64,000 nucleotides of DNA. Origin: Eledone cirrhosa. Lineage: Eukaryota. The notes beneath the pieces are model-generated. The model was not told the DNA's origin, ran no database searches, and saw only the letters and a list, made by a program, of their open reading frames with translations. Shown one piece after another: positions 1 to 14,860 of this stretch. Every line of letters starts with the position of its first letter. Position 1 is the first letter of the stretch. The DNA is taken from NCBI GenBank assembly GCA_964016885.1, contig OZ024745.1, positions 69,440,001 through 69,504,000 on the forward strand. Direction: 5' to 3'. The translations under genes and the position numbers were made by a program.

Positions 1-709
1 TCATCAACACAATGGACTCTACAACTCCACCCCCTATTAACACATTATTTTAGCCTTCCTCTTCCCGCGTCACATACGTACAAGGACAATAACTATATCG
101 GCTAGTTAAACTCATAGAAATTACGTGGTCATTTGCAATCAACACCTAATAATTACTCTGACATATATTTGTACAATCACACAGTTTTGTGGAAGTTTAT
201 CCATTTCCTCTGCACGTATAAATGGTAAGGAACATTGAATACATATTGCACCATTGTTTCATTTGAACCATTATACTATTAAATATCTTTATTTGCATTT
301 TACTTAACTAATTTAATATTTCTTTATATACAATGTTTTAGCGATTATGTTTCCTTTTGTATATATTTTTTTTTTTTTGGGGGGGGGGGGTATTAGTATT
401 ATTAACTACCTTAACAACAACAACAGTACACTTTCGAGCCCTAGAAACTGAAACAAAGCTAAATATAGGTTGTGCTAAATTAATCACTGTATCATTATTG
501 TTGGACTCCGTTATTCAATAAGTTAATCTGACAGGAAACTCTAAATTTGAAGATTGAATGAATGGAAGTCCCATAACTCCGTGTGAGGTCGTAGAGTCAC
601 CGCCATATGCCGTGTCTACGCCACTTTTAAACCTGGCGGAGCCCAGCCCTCTCCAGGTCTGAACACAGTCAATTTTTTCTATAGAGGAAGACTCGATCCC
701 AATATTGGA

Positions 710-840
710 CTGGTACATTTTTTATCGAGGTCGAAAGGATGAAAGGCAAAGTTGATCACTCAGAGTGCGCAATGAGGTGAGACGAATACCGTAAAGCTTT
801 CTATCCGACGGCTTAACGACTCTTCAAATTCCCCGCCTTA
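710..840 (-). mobile_element. tRNA-derived SINE, degenerate partial copy
   Basis: Contains ttatcgaggtcgaaaggatgaaaggcaaagttg, the reverse complement of the central domain shared by the SINE copies at 3873-4265. Confidence 0.7.
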
Positions 841-3049
841 CAGTTTGAAGATTATATGCAACTATATATACCCTATATATTTAACAGTTTCTAAGCATTA
901 ACAAGATACTTTAAAATTTGTGTATTAGTTAATGTATCCTATATTTTACCATACCTTTAGGTGTTATTTGAGGGAGACTTGCTATAAGTTCTATATAATA
1001 TACACACCTATGTGTGTGTATATTGTATGGCTACGAATCAAACAAGTGATGAATTGTAAATGCATCTACGGATTAGGAAACCTGATGCAATGTAAAAACC
1101 AAACAAACGTCAAAACAATAATTTAAAAAAACAAAACAAATTGTTATTCAAACAAAAATATCTATTAGTTAAACCATTGTTGATATTTACTTAAGTGCAG
1201 CTTCAAGTAATTTTTTGCTATGTATGTGAAACAGTATTTGGAATAAAAATAGCGGAATAGAAAATTGCTAATTTTATTCTTTAAACCGCCATAGTTTGAC
1301 AATACTTCGGATCATATAGCAACTATATGTTAGATTTCTGCATGAAATACGTATTTACAAACAGAAAGATTAAACCGTCCGAAAAATATCTTTATATATC
1401 GATGTCCATATTCTTTGATATTTTACAGACACCTTCCAGTCCATAACATATTTTTGCTCGTATATTTCCTTTCTTGTTATCAAATCTCTGTTCTTGAAGA
1501 ATATATGCAACTATAAACAGCCTAATTCACTGTAATTTAGAACCTATAAACCAGCCAACCGTACTTCTCTGATATCATCTCTGGCGTGCAGAATAGTGCG
1601 TTGAAAATATCATTTAAATCAAAAATCAGTAACACGTATTGACCCAAACCAAAGCTATTAATCTTTGGGTAATTGCCTGGTCTTTCCAGACTGTGTTCCA
1701 CCTTAGAATGAATAATTCATGGTTAGACTATTATTCAACACGTAGAATTGCGTAAAAGGGCCTTATTGCCAAGTAACAAATTATGGTTTTGCTGTATGCT
1801 CAACACCTATCATAAAATATTGATAGAAAACTGTATAAAATTCATAAGAGTGCCGAAATCAGTTGTAATTCAGTATGGGTGACAAAAGTATATATATTCC
1901 TTCTGTCTTCTATGAATTATTTCACTGTTACATTACAGTAATTCATACTATAGCCTCAGATTGACTAATGCTTGGTGAGTAGAATTTGGCTGACGAAAAC
2001 TGTGCGGCATTATATATAATGCCGCATCTGTGTGTGTGTGTGAGTTTACGTTACATGTAAGTACACAATGTACATTACATTTATATATACCGGCAACCCA
2101 CACATAAATTGGGTCATTAGTATAGAGAGGGAAATATATGTGCGATGAAGGAGGAACTCGATAAGAGTATCGATGTAAAACCAAATAGCGTGTTTAGACC
2201 AACACCGAGAAAAATGCGGGGCCTTGTTTATAGGATAAGCGAGATTGTCTTACAGGACGCAGAGACCTTTCGTCCCTGTACTAAGTTTTAGCAGATCAAG
2301 GAGACCGCGGCTCATAGACAATGCTGTTGTACTCAACTCAAATTAGATTATTAGGCTCTTTCTCATATTATCGCTGTACAAAAGACGGGAGAATGTCAGA
2401 CATAAAATAGGTACAAAACTGTTTTTAAGACACTGACAATCCATATTTGTTTGAGTAGTAATGTGTGTAATTGTTGATGGTTGTAGTAGAAAATGGTTAA
2501 AATTGAGCTGGAGTAGTTTAATGAGTCGACCCTAATTCATGTCAGTTGTTGACTAAGTCATAGCTGCTTTGTTAAGTTCGTTTCTCATCCATGTTTCCGA
2601 GATCGTTCCACTGCATGGTAACTAAGACAAATGTTTTAACCATAGCTTCGGAATGATCCACGCCCTGTGAGTGAAATTGTGATAAAACCCATCTGATGCA
2701 TTGTACCTGTAAATCAAAGGGTTTATACTCGTCACATTATATTCCAACGAAGAATAGCCTTGAAGGTTACGTTAATAATAAAGTGATCGATGGAATACTC
2801 AATCACTTACACGTTTATTCACGAACGAATTATTTGATTGATCTAAAAAAAATAGATGTTTGTAGTCTCAACCGACGGAGGACGCAACACCGACTAACAA
2901 GTAATTATTTTATCCAACTTAGTAAATGCTAAGCTGGTCTAGGACGGATTTTAACTAAGAATACCAGGGTAAGCTATGTTTAAATTCCTTGGATTATGTT
3001 TGTCTTTACGAAAGAATTAAATTAGCTGTAATATATTACAGCTAGTTAG

Positions 3050-3262
3050 AAGGTGAATTGGCAGAGCGTTGGATAATATGCCATTGCCTAATTTTTCTGC
3101 TTCTTTAATTACTGAGTTCAAATTCCGCCAAAGTCAACTTCACCGTTAATTTTTCCGGGGTCGATGAAATAAAGTACCTCTCACGTACTGGGGTTGATTT
3201 AAACAACGTTTCCATTCCCCCAAATTTGCTAGAGTCATGCCGAAATAAGAAAGCAATAATTA
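3050..3262 (+). mobile_element. tRNA-derived SINE (older, longer variant)
   Basis: Head ggtgaattggcagag, B-box gagttcaaattcc, central ggggtcgatgaaataaagtac, AT-rich tail. Confidence 0.75.
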
Positions 3263-3604
3263 CTGGTAATTATTTTATGGAATCCAAAGGGGGAAATAAA
3301 AGTTTAATCGCATGAAAATCTTTTAAATCGAAAGTTGACAGTTTCTATTCATTAAACTGCTTACTCTTAAGTATACTTTGTTGGGTAACGAAAGAATCGT
3401 TTGAATACAATTTAGTGCTTGTTTAGTACACCTTTTACCAATCCTACTTGACGAAAAGTAAAGCTAAGCGATATCTGATCTCAGAACGTAAAGAGTTGTG
3501 TATAATAATTTTCTTTATGATATTTCCTCCCCACAGAGTACGGTTTTCGCCAACAAACTAGCTTCATTGTAATATAAGAACAGCAGTATCAGCAATAAAA
3601 TAAC

Positions 3605-3825
3605 GATGGTTTCTGATGTAAGCGCTAGGCCAAACATTTTGGAGTATGGGCATGTCGATTAAAACCACCCAAGGGCATTACTGGTTCTTTACTTTATCGA
3701 TCCCGTAAGGATGAAGGACAAAACTAACAACGGCAGGATTTGAACTCAGAACGCAAAGGTCCATAACACTATGCCACAAAGAATGCAGTCCGATGCTCTA
3801 TCGATACTTACAATCCACCGCGCTT
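3605..3825 (-). mobile_element. tRNA-derived SINE, diverged
   Basis: Reverse complement of the same family (ggatttgaactcag B-box, tttatcgatcccgtaaggatgaagg). Confidence 0.75.
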
Positions 3826-3872
3826 AATAACAGCTCTAATACGAAGAAAAATAGTAGCAACACAAATAACAA

Positions 3873-4268
3873 TGAATTGGCAGTATCGGTAGAGGGTCGG
3901 ACGCCATGCTTTCCAGCATAGTTACGTCCCTTTACGATCTGAGTTCAAATCCCGCCGAGGTTGACTTTGCCTTTCATCCTTACGGGGTCGATAAAATAAA
4001 GTACCAGTAATGAACTGGATAATTGCTGGCCTTGTGCCTAAAGTAGAAACAATTATTATTAATATTAGAGGGGGGTGGATTGGCAGTATCGGTAGAGAGT
4101 CGGACGCCATGCTTTCCAGCATAGTTACGTCCCTTTACGATCTGAGTTCAAATCCCGCCGAGGTTGACTTTGCCTTTCATCCTTACGGGGTCGATAAAAT
4201 AAAGTACCAGTAATGCACTGGGTAATTGCTGGCCTTGTGCCTAAAATAGAAACAATTATTATTAATAT
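3873..4268 (+). mobile_element. Tandem pair of young tRNA-derived SINEs (Meta-domain-like core)
   Basis: Two ~195-bp near-identical units with A-box TGGCAGTATCGG, B-box GTTCAAATCC, core gcctttcatccttacggggtcgataaaataaagtaccag and (ATT)n tail. The core resembles the MetaSINE central domain (from recall). Confidence 0.85.
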
Positions 4269-5762
4269 TAGTACTATTATTATTATCAATGTACAACTGT
4301 TTACATAAATAACCATACACATCAGCTTTTTACCATAACTCATAAATCTTTACACACATGCACACAACATTGATTTCATATCACTAACTTCGTTCTACAC
4401 TTCGATGACTCAGGTGCATTTGCCATTATTTAATGGAAAGAGTCCTATTTATATTTCATTGCTGATAAGCCTAGTTAATAGACTTATGTTGTCAGACAAT
4501 GATAAGTGCTATCATATACGTACATATTACATATAAAAGGGTGTACGTTTATATGTACAATATGTTTAGTTAAACATGGTGGTAGTTAACAAAAGTAAAA
4601 ACCCGCAGATGTGTGGAAATTAGTCATACAGTTTCTAGTTTCAACAGTCTATATATTAAATACACATGGCATGTAGAGAAATTGTTTGAGTGATGGGCTC
4701 AAGAACATGAAGTAATGGATGCAATACACATACCTCGGGATTGATAGCGTCCTTGAGGAAAGCCATTCATATTGCCCCTGTGTACACAACTGAAAGTGAA
4801 TATCAACGGTAACTGGCAAGTTAGCAATGGATTGGCTTCTAGTTTGGTGGGTAGTCATGCACACCCAGTCACCTATTTCCCATGAAACTGGCATAAGGTC
4901 AGGGCTTCATCCAACCTTTGCAAGTGCAATGCTTTTAAATTTGAATCTGGCAGCGGCTCACACCGAATGGAATACAAACCAAATGAAAATCGCAATCTAA
5001 ATAAGAAAGGGTCACGTAAGAAAATAATTTATATTTCAAATATTTATTAAAACCTAAAACACCGTTGAATATCTTATAATATAATTATGGGACGCGAAGT
5101 AAATCAGAGAGCACACTTACAGAACAAACGCCACAAAGCATCCCCTCAAATTTTAACAATCCTACCAATTACCAACTACTTCATTCCTAACCTATTTATA
5201 GATAACTCAATGATAAGCGTAAACGTTGTCCTCTGCGTAATCTGAACTCAGAGCGCACAGAGTTGCAACGACTACTGAGGAATTCAATCCAGTGCTAAAC
5301 AAGCCTGGCAATTTCCCGCGTGTTTTAACGAAAGTAATATTTTTATTAATGTAATTAAACGATGATATGGTATTAAGAAACACCTGCTTTTTGTTATTGT
5401 CTATATCACCGTTGAAAAACTCTATTGTATTCTACATTAAATTCATATAATGGAAAACATTAAAGTAACATAAAAGGTTTGGAAATACCAAACTGGGACA
5501 GGGCATTATAACGTACACCAGGTGTGTCGTCGGATTGATTAAATTGATTATACCTCTCCTCTCACCTACAAATTTCTAAACATGTAAAAATATTAGAATT
5601 TAATGCGTGAAGATGTGCAGATAATTTTCAGGTGTACAGATGAACCATTAGATCACCGGTGTATATCATTCGTAAAAATGTAAAAGGCGTTATAATTTAC
5701 TTTCACTGTTCATAAAACTACTACAACGAATCTATGATATAATGAAACTATACCAAGATACG

Positions 5763-5806
<44 letters not shown>

Positions 5807-6758
5807 ACACGTACGTCGTTTCCGAACACGTGCGATCCAGCTGTTCGGCGAGTGGAACTGATTGTACATGAAATTTAGGTAGCTGAGTATTCCAAAGACA
5901 CGTGTATCATTAACAGAGTTCACATGCTGATTTGGTGTGATAAGACTGAGTTTTAAATTAAAGATACAAATCACTTTACCAACTAAGTGAACTGAAGTAA
6001 CGCGAGATAAAGTGTCTTTGTTTAGGACATAATTTCGACGGAATTCGAACTCATGAGGTTACAATTGTCAGTCGAAACTTAACCACTGAGACACACGCTT
6101 TTACACTTAGCTATGCAGACAGCATTTCATTTATTTGTATGGTGTTTTACTTTCACTGAATACATTTCCTAAGTGATTATGTTAAAAGTAATCAAACTAA
6201 AAAAATAGCTGACTAAAATATATTTATTTATTGTTACGGGAATTGAAGAAAAAACATAATATATACAGGCATTCTCAATGACAGAGACACACACATTATA
6301 TTTGTGTGTGTGTAATTGGTGGGTAATTTATTTCTTGTTTCCTCTAAGTGTATTCGGTCGATTCTATCTAAAAAAACTTTCTCAAATAATATTCTTCGCT
6401 CATGGATATATGGTGGGCTCCAAAATAGGACCTTCACATTCACCAACCCGACGTACTGACAAGGTCCACCACTGATGTATTACCTTAAATCGTTCCAAAA
6501 AATCTTCAGTAGCTCTTGCTATATCCTTTCTCTCCAGTGGTAAGAATCCCTCGAGAGAGCTGGATAGCAAAAGGTCTTCAGAGAATAAAGCTCCTCAAGC
6601 GAATGTTTCGGCCCTCAATTTCATTGTTTAACGCCAATGATTATCTCTCAGTATCTGACCACTCAATTGGAAGTTTTTGTCGCGAAGATAAATTCAATTG
6701 ATTGATCATTTTCTCCCTCGTCTTACTTTTGATAGTGGGACTATTTGTAAGCATAGTA

Positions 6759-6818
<60 letters not shown>

Positions 6819-7179
6819 GATTGTTATTAGGTGAATGAAGTGTGTGTGTGTGAGAGAGAGGGGGAGAGAAAGGGTGTGCGCGCACGCATGAGTAAGAGAC
6901 TGAAATATACGTCAACGAAACTCATATACTATATACTATGTAATGTTGATTCACAGTGGAACATTATATGTTCAGGTAAACCGTTCCATATGTCAACTGT
7001 ATGGATACATAATGATGAGAGCTGAAAAATATAACGTCTATGCTTCAACAGACCATACCTACCATATTACAGACGAAACAATTAAAAGGTATAACAGCGA
7101 TTGCTGGTTATTAATTTAATTATATTTATTTCCAATGTTCGTGAAAAAAACTATTAGTAACTACTATGGGAGGTAATGT

Positions 7180-7237
<58 letters not shown>

Positions 7238-7616
7238 TATATGATTAAAAAATGATCATTCTATATTAGAGTGAAAGCGTGTGGCTTATTTATAAGGGAT
7301 GTTCAGTGTGTCATTTGCAGTGGCAGATTGTGCTATTCAGCAAAATACTTTATTTTACGTTACTTCAGTGCTCTCAGCTGGCAAAAATGAGTTATGACTG
7401 CAATTCAAGAGTAACATTTTCTCAAACGCTGTATTCTATTGAATCTTCCTCAGAAAGGCGTCAGGGTGCGCGTGTATATAGAATACTTACACGTTAAGTT
7501 CAGCAGTAATTTGTTCCCTTGTTCGAACACTCATAATTGCAGCCTCTCCACAAAACACAACTTAATGCTGGACTCTAGTATATTTTATATTTATGAGATG
7601 AAAGAATGGTATTTAA

Positions 7617-9011
7617 CTAATGTAATGGTACGCGATGGGGCCCACCCACAGCCCCGGCGGACAGAATGGAAAAGGCGTTTCCCTGGAGGACGGCAAGGGA
7701 GACGCGCTGGAAAAGCCACTCAAACTCGCGGGGCTCACACCTACGGCTGGCCAGCTCAGCGCCTATGGTGGTGAGTAAGGAGGTAGCCCTGGGACCGAGG
7801 ACACCAGAAGTTTCCACTGCCAGGGGAACGACCGCAAAACTGTCGGAGAGCGACGGGTATTTGAGGAGTTTGGCCCCCTCAGCCCGACGTGCAGCAGAAC
7901 CTGGGTCAGTCGCAGACTGCACCTGGTTGCGGCTGCAGAAAGTGTCGGTGCAAGTGGCATCCCAGACGAGGGGTTTGCCACCGAGGAACGGGAAGAAAGC
8001 GGGTGGAGGCCGAAATAATCCACGGTGGAACCGCAGCGACATTGGTGTGGCTGGCAGATCCGGAGGCCGAGCCTCAGGGAAACGCCGATTTGCAGGCAAC
8101 GGTTGTCTAGCTGCGTGCCAGTGGAGAACGAGGGCAGAGCATGGAGCCAGGCACCACTGTGGGGTTTGGAGGCCGCAAGAAAACAAGCAAGGCGGTGTTG
8201 GTCGAGCTGGCGCGTGAGCCTGTCTGAGGCCAGGCTGCACTGGATGGCATCCCATGTGTGTTGGGGGGACTTGACGTCAACTGGGGGGAGAAGGAGGAGG
8301 GACATCTACTGAGTAAGTCCCAGCCGGTCCCACGTCTCACAGGCGGCCTCACGTTCTCTGAACGCAGAGGGTTCTGTTGTGTTTTGAAGAACCCTGCTGA
8401 CGAGGACGCGCCACGAGGTTACCGACGAAAGATACGCCGGCAAAGAAAGTGAGATCGTGGACCGGAGGCCTAGGCCGCCATACCTGACCGGTAAAGTGGC
8501 CTGTTACCACCCTATGTCGTCAAACTTGACGTTGCATATTCCCTCGGCTGCTGCTCGGATACAAGTATCGAGGTCAGCGAGGAGAGATGTCTGGGTGTAG
8601 CATGGAGCGCTGCGGAGTGTATAGAGGAGCGTCGGTATGGCGAAGCAGTTCCTCAGCAGAAAGAGAGCTGGTGGCCGTCAATCAAGCCCAGTCGTCTCGT
8701 GAGAGTCTGGAGCTGTTGAAGCCTGGACCTGATGGTGGAGCGGATGGCCCGCGGATGGATCGGTGCCCCGAGGATGAGGACATCCTCTTTGGGGGTCACC
8801 TGAACCTGGCGGAGAATGGACTGCACGTCCAAGACGGAGGCTGCAAAGCTCGCAGCATCGAGGCTGACGGTCACCACCTCTGACTTGGCCGAGTTGACCT
8901 GGAGGCCGATTCCCGCCATGGCAGGAATCACCTATTGAAGGGCTTGGCAGACCGTCCGTACGGGCCCGCCCAACGTAGCATCATCGAGACACCAAACGTT
9001 GAGAGGGGCCA
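7617..9011 (-). mobile_element. 5'-truncated CRE-like non-LTR retrotransposon (RT C-terminal part, CCHC knuckle, restriction-like endonuclease), decayed
   Basis: GC-rich island. Minus-strand frames give LNVWCLDDATLGGP (RT YxDD site as CLDD, 8980-8991), GLQVNSAKSE, SGAWLHALP, CRCG..VDYFGLHPLS, GKPLVWDATCTDT, PLAVETSGVLG and LFQRVSLAVLQGNA, typical of RLE-type CRE elements. Frameshifts and stops present. Confidence 0.8.
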
Positions 9012-9474
9012 TAGAATTAACTCTACGTTTCTATATGATATAATATTATGACGTAAAATATTGTTGTACAATGAGTGCAAGAGCAGGACGGAAAGACGAA
9101 ATAGAGAGAGGGGCATTTTTTAGGAGGAAGAATAAAGATATTTCAGTAATAAGTGTAGCATAGTCCTATCTCTGCTATTCTTATAATTCATTCTGCAACA
9201 AGGACAATATGAATGCATAATAACGATAGAAAATACTTCCAAGAGAAAGACGTAACTTAGTCCCACTAGACGAAACCAAGATATGTCTATTTGTTTTCAA
9301 ATATTTGAACCTTTAGATATTGCCGTCTGAACACAGAACAGCCATAACTGAATAAAACAGTGTTTGTCACGTAGAAGTAAGTAATTTGAAAAATATATGC
9401 CTATACTATACTAATGTATTTTTTAGTACCTTTTTAACTGTGGATACATCGCGATAATCACCGGGAATCTACGT

Positions 9475-9475
9475 A

Positions 9476-9541
<66 letters not shown>

Positions 9542-9641
9542 CTAGGTATATATATATATATATATATATACATCTAGGTATATATATATATATATATATA
9601 TATACATCTAGGTATATATTTATATATATATATATACATCT

Positions 9642-9676
<35 letters not shown>

Positions 9677-9677
9677 T

Positions 9678-9715
<38 letters not shown>

Positions 9716-9741
9716 CTATATATATATATATATATATATAC

Positions 9742-9781
<40 letters not shown>

Positions 9782-9785
9782 AGGT
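9475..9785. repeat. (TA)n array interrupted by CATCTAGG/CACCTAGG units
   Basis: Directly visible. Confidence 0.95.
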
Positions 9786-10574
9786 AGGTGTGCATATGAT
9801 TGTGTGTGTGTGCATGTGAAAATGCCGATCGATTGATACATCAATAGTATTTATGAAGCCGTCGCTGCGATGCAATTTCAATACAACGTTTGATGTAGCT
9901 TCATTTTCAAATACTCCACTCATACTTGTGAAAAGTGAATGAATGTCACGCGATCCCATTTCCTCTCTATAGCTTACAATATAGAGATGCTATCTTTTCT
10001 TTTTTCTTTATTAATAAGGTTTAGTTAAGAAACACGGCATTACACTTCACATTGACAAGACCTGTTTTTGTTGTTTTTGTTTAGCCTCAAGTCGAACAGA
10101 CCAATGACTAAATTATCCAATATGTCCTTCCTTTTTGAGATGGTAGTTTGGGATTTGATAGGTATTTTCATCAGGTCTGGCTACCAAATATTGTCTCCCT
10201 TTGCATCATTTACTGATTTGATAAACGAATCCTCGATGAATGGGATAACCGGCACGTATGTGTCTCCATTTAATGTTTTTTGTACACGATGTATTTGAAA
10301 TAAAATTTCATTTTTATGTGTTGAACAAGTTAAAACGTAGTGAAAAACATTCCCTAGTATTTGATATTAATAGCCATATGATGAAATACTATAAAGCATA
10401 TTCAATGCGCCAGATATTATGAGTATATCATAAAATGAAGAATCAACGATATATGCCTTACTTGTTTACATAGTCATATAACGATTACATGTAAGAAATA
10501 CTCAAAATGATGTTATACTTAATGAATAATTTCTAAATTACGTTCAAGCTCAACATTCTTCTGTGCAGGAGTGA

Positions 10575-10720
10575 ATTGGTACTTTATTTTATCGACCTCA
10601 AAAAGGTGAATGACAAAGCTGACCTCGTCGAGATTTAACCTCAAAACGAAGAGAGCTAGATCAAACAAATACAACAAATACTTCTGTCTGCTCTTCTAAT
10701 TATTCAACCAATATGCGTCT
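10575..10720 (-). mobile_element. tRNA-derived SINE, degenerate
   Basis: ggtactttattttatcgacctc...gacctcgtcgagattt matches the family core in reverse. Confidence 0.65.
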
Positions 10721-11155
10721 CATAACTAAAATTATCATAAAATATATACTCGTTTTATCTATCTCCACCCACGTAGGTTTTGTTGTATAACTTCAGGGGC
10801 GATGAAAGGGTGTTTTAACAATTATCATCTTGTCTGTTTTTCCAGACATGATGTATCTTCGATTAGATTAAAGAATGCATTCTTTTTGAAAACAGAAATT
10901 TTTTTATCAGAAAAAAGAAATATTTGGCTGCAGTATTTAGCAGGTTTATTGACCGCTTGGAGGCTATGTTCTTGTCACATTATAGATGTTGGAAATATAT
11001 AAATGGCAAAGCACAAACCAAGTTAATATGTGTTTAATGTATGGAGTTTTGTTGACCATGTACACAAAATAAATGAGAGGAAATTTTGGATATATCATAG
11101 TCGGATGAGATGTTGAGAGCAAGTTATGAATTGATACATTTCACTCTCTTAGCAT

Positions 11156-11564
11156 GAATCTTAGATAATGACCGAAAAAATACGATCGCGAATACAAGCA
11201 GCCGAAATGGGGTTATTTTGAAGGACATTTGAGGTAACATTACTTGATAGAGTGCATAGCTCGGAGATCAGATAGTCGCTCCAGGTAGAGACTCTACACC
11301 TCCGAGATTACATCTCCAATACAATAGGATTGTGGTTAGAATGTCTCATGAAAGAATCGCTGGATAGATTTTACGGGCAAAACCAACTGGCAGGGGACCT
11401 AAGGGTGGACCCCGTGGAGGATAGTTGGATAACACCCATGAGATTGGTTCGTCTTGGTTGGAGATCCAGCCAAACAAGTTGGAGATAGGACGCACTGGAA
11501 GAAGTATCTGAGAACTCTACCCCCACGAACCTCGCAGGAATAACTGGGCAAAGACGAAAAATAA
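11156..11564 (+). mobile_element. RTE-clade LINE 3' fragment with 11-bp TSD
   Basis: Encodes decayed MTEKIRSRIQAAEMG...VTLLDRVHSSEIR. TSD tctcttagcat at 11145-11155 and 11565-11575. Confidence 0.8.
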
Positions 11565-14500
11565 TCTCTTAGCATCTTCGTGAGGGATGTATTATGTGTG
11601 CCTTGTAAAATATAGAGATAGAATTATTGTTTTAAAGACTTGATCATTTTTAAGCTACTGAACATTCAAGACGAGCTCCCCTGATGGTGCTGCACTTTAC
11701 TGAGTGAATCAACAATTACGGTTAATGCTCATTTTCTATAGAGGTTACTTGGGCAGCTTGGAATTAAATGCCCTGCTGAAGATGTCACCCAGTTATTTAG
11801 TATAATGGGACAAGATTGGATCCCCATCCGTTTCGACGATGAAAATTCAGTTGTTCAAACAAATAAACTACCTGCTATTGAATGAGCACATTGGTTTAGA
11901 AATTATTTTCAAAATAATAAATTTGTGAATTCGATCCCAATGCGTTATATCATGTACTATTATATTTTACTGTAACCTCGGAGAGACTCAAAACGAGTAG
12001 GAGTATTTTAATAGACGGATGTATAATAATCCATATACCCAGCCTTATTACATTACCTGAAGATTATGCTACGGGTAAACGTGTCTATGGTATAACCAGC
12101 TACTTGCACATTAATTTAATGAGAATAATGTTTAGTTGATCGACAAACACAACGGTCACCGTAGAAATCAATGATAAATGGACATGAATAGCAACCTATA
12201 TGTTCTGACAAGAATTCATATATACTATTCTCGTCATTAAATATGTTATTCGACTGGCTAGATATAATATACAGTGCTTGTGTGAAAGCCCATGGGAGGT
12301 ACTAATTACAGTGTTTTTTTAGGGGTGGGGTTAGATTCAATCGATCGTCAAAATATACAAAACCAATTCGTATTAGTGTAATTTAGAAGAGTATACCCTT
12401 TTGCAAGAATTCTTGCCAGATCTCTGGTATGAATAATCTCTCCCAATAGTCCTGGAGACCCGTAAATCTGTCTGAAGAAAGATTAAAAAATGGTGTCCGT
12501 GGATATGAATTTTCACTTTTTATTTTGTCAAAGAAGGCTAATATAACTATACAACAACGAAGAAATTAATTATACAATGATTATTTACTTCATAAAACTA
12601 TTTAGTCAGAAACACTAGGACACTGCTCATGGCACATTTCGGAGACTGGTAGGAGGGAAGGGGAATGTATTGTCAAACTGAAGGCCTCGTTTGAATGTTT
12701 AAAACAGAGAGGGTTTCATCAATAGGAACCTTTTGCAATATTAAAATTCTTGAATTCAAAAGTAAATTAGTTGGAACAATATCGCAATGCTTCTCGTCCA
12801 ACGCTCTAACAGCTCTAACAGATCACTGGCTTGTCCTGGTACTTATTTTATTAAACCCGTGAGGATAAAAGCCAAATTTGACCGAAACAGAACTTGAACT
12901 CAGATTGTAGAGGGCTGGGATATATACTGTAAAGTTTATCTGTCCAACATTAACAATTCCACCAATCCACCACCTTGGACTGGTGCTTTATTTTATCAAC
13001 CTTCAAAAAAATCGAAAACAAATTTTACCACGGTGCAGTACAAACTCAAGTAGCAGATCTCTTGAACGGGCGCCACGCGATATTTTGTCAAATGCTCTAA
13101 GGTTTTATACAAATATGTTTAAGTTTAAGGATATAAAAAGCAAATTGCAAATATATACTTACATCTTATTTGTCCAAGGCCTTTATTTTCACAAATGTCT
13201 ATATACCAATAACTTCAGCTTTAGAGTGTAATTCCTTCTATTCATTTGAGCAGTACTCTCTCTTAATCATAGTAATATTCATAGTGTAGTGGGTATCTTC
13301 ACGAAACGTACTCCGCCGGTCAGAGTATAAGTCAATTAGTGTATTCTATTTAATATTATCGATTACGGGTGAATCAATCATTCATGCATTAAGACATTTC
13401 TACAATTGAAAATTCCATTTTTTTAAAAAGAAGCAGTAACAGTCAGATTTATGGCGCACACATACTAAACTTTGCTGCCAATATTTGTATTTGTATTCTT
13501 CATTTCTATTAGTGGATACTCGAAATTATTAATAATAATAATAATAATAATATTTCAGGAAGTGTGTTCGTGTTGTTAATCTTGTGAATGGACCAGAATC
13601 ATTAGTTACGCTTTGCAGGAGTGTTTTGGCTTTTGTTTAACATGTTGTGTGTACGGTAACTGAGAATAGGAAAAAGAGGGAGAATGAGAAAGAAATACAT
13701 GTTTTGCTGCTGATAATTAGCCCCAGGTTAGCCTTCGTGATGGAGACATGATCAAAGAGTTCTAGATGTGATCAGCTTTTATTTTTTTTTAAAACTCTAT
13801 AATTTCGGATTCTAGAAATACATTATCCAGTGTCTATCTATTGCGTTCATATTTTATTTGAGTGATATTTTGGCTGCTATTTCCTCCAGTTCAAGCAACA
13901 GCGTTGCGGACCCCCTCGTTGGGTTGTGTTGTACTGCTGTTTTCTTTTATTGTAGGTACAAGTTATTTTACTTGTTATATTATAGCGAAATAGGGAAAGA
14001 TAGAGGAAGTGTTAAAACACGTGTGAGGAGGAGAGGGGAACGAAACATAAATGATAGCGTTAGAGTCAAAGAGATGGTTGAAGAATAATGTACGTGTTGT
14101 GAAAGCATTGGTGTGGGTGGGAAAGGATGTTGGAGAATCTTAACTATGACGTATGTCCGACGTCTGACACAAACCACAGGATTTTACCTATATAAAGTTA
14201 ATTCGTGTAAAGGAGGCTCCACGTTTGTCAATGGAATCTCTATAAAACGTATTAGGATAGGTAAATAAATCTTCTTTTAATTTAGTCATTTATATTTATT
14301 TATTAATATTTATATATTTATTCATACACTCCTTAGAATTATATAATGTTTTGAACAGAAAAAGTTAACGAGCACATATTGTATGTTCACACAAATACGT
14401 GTGTCTGTGCGTTAAAACATACATATATACACATATATATTTACACATACATATGTATTTATATACACAAAGATATAAACATAGATATATACATGTTCTA

Positions 14501-14827
14501 GAGATATTGGTTGGTGGTAACGTTTGGAGTGAGGGGAGGTAACACTTCATACATACATATCCGTGTATGTCTGCGTACACACACACGTACGCACCAATCT
14601 TTTACTATCACACTACCCAATTCCCACCACCACTTCTTAGCACTGATAAGAGTCACAAGTACAAACAGCTATTAATACTAAATGATATTCTCAAGTTTAT
14701 GTACCTTCTGCCTTTTCCGCCCTTTACCTCCAGTAACATATATACAACACACGAACACACACACACATACACACACACACATACACACACACACACATAT
14801 ACACACACATATATATATATATATATG

Positions 14828-14860
<33 letters not shown>

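Noticed and set aside
4640-5000. Higher-complexity stretch, possible exon (also 51300-52260 and 6380-6700)
   Set aside because: Stops in the frames I checked and no recognisable domain; probably old transposon debris that I cannot classify.
8322-8345. gccggtccca resembling a twister core
   Set aside because: Lacks AAGC-CCGG and GAGGG; it lies within the antisense of the CRE coding region.
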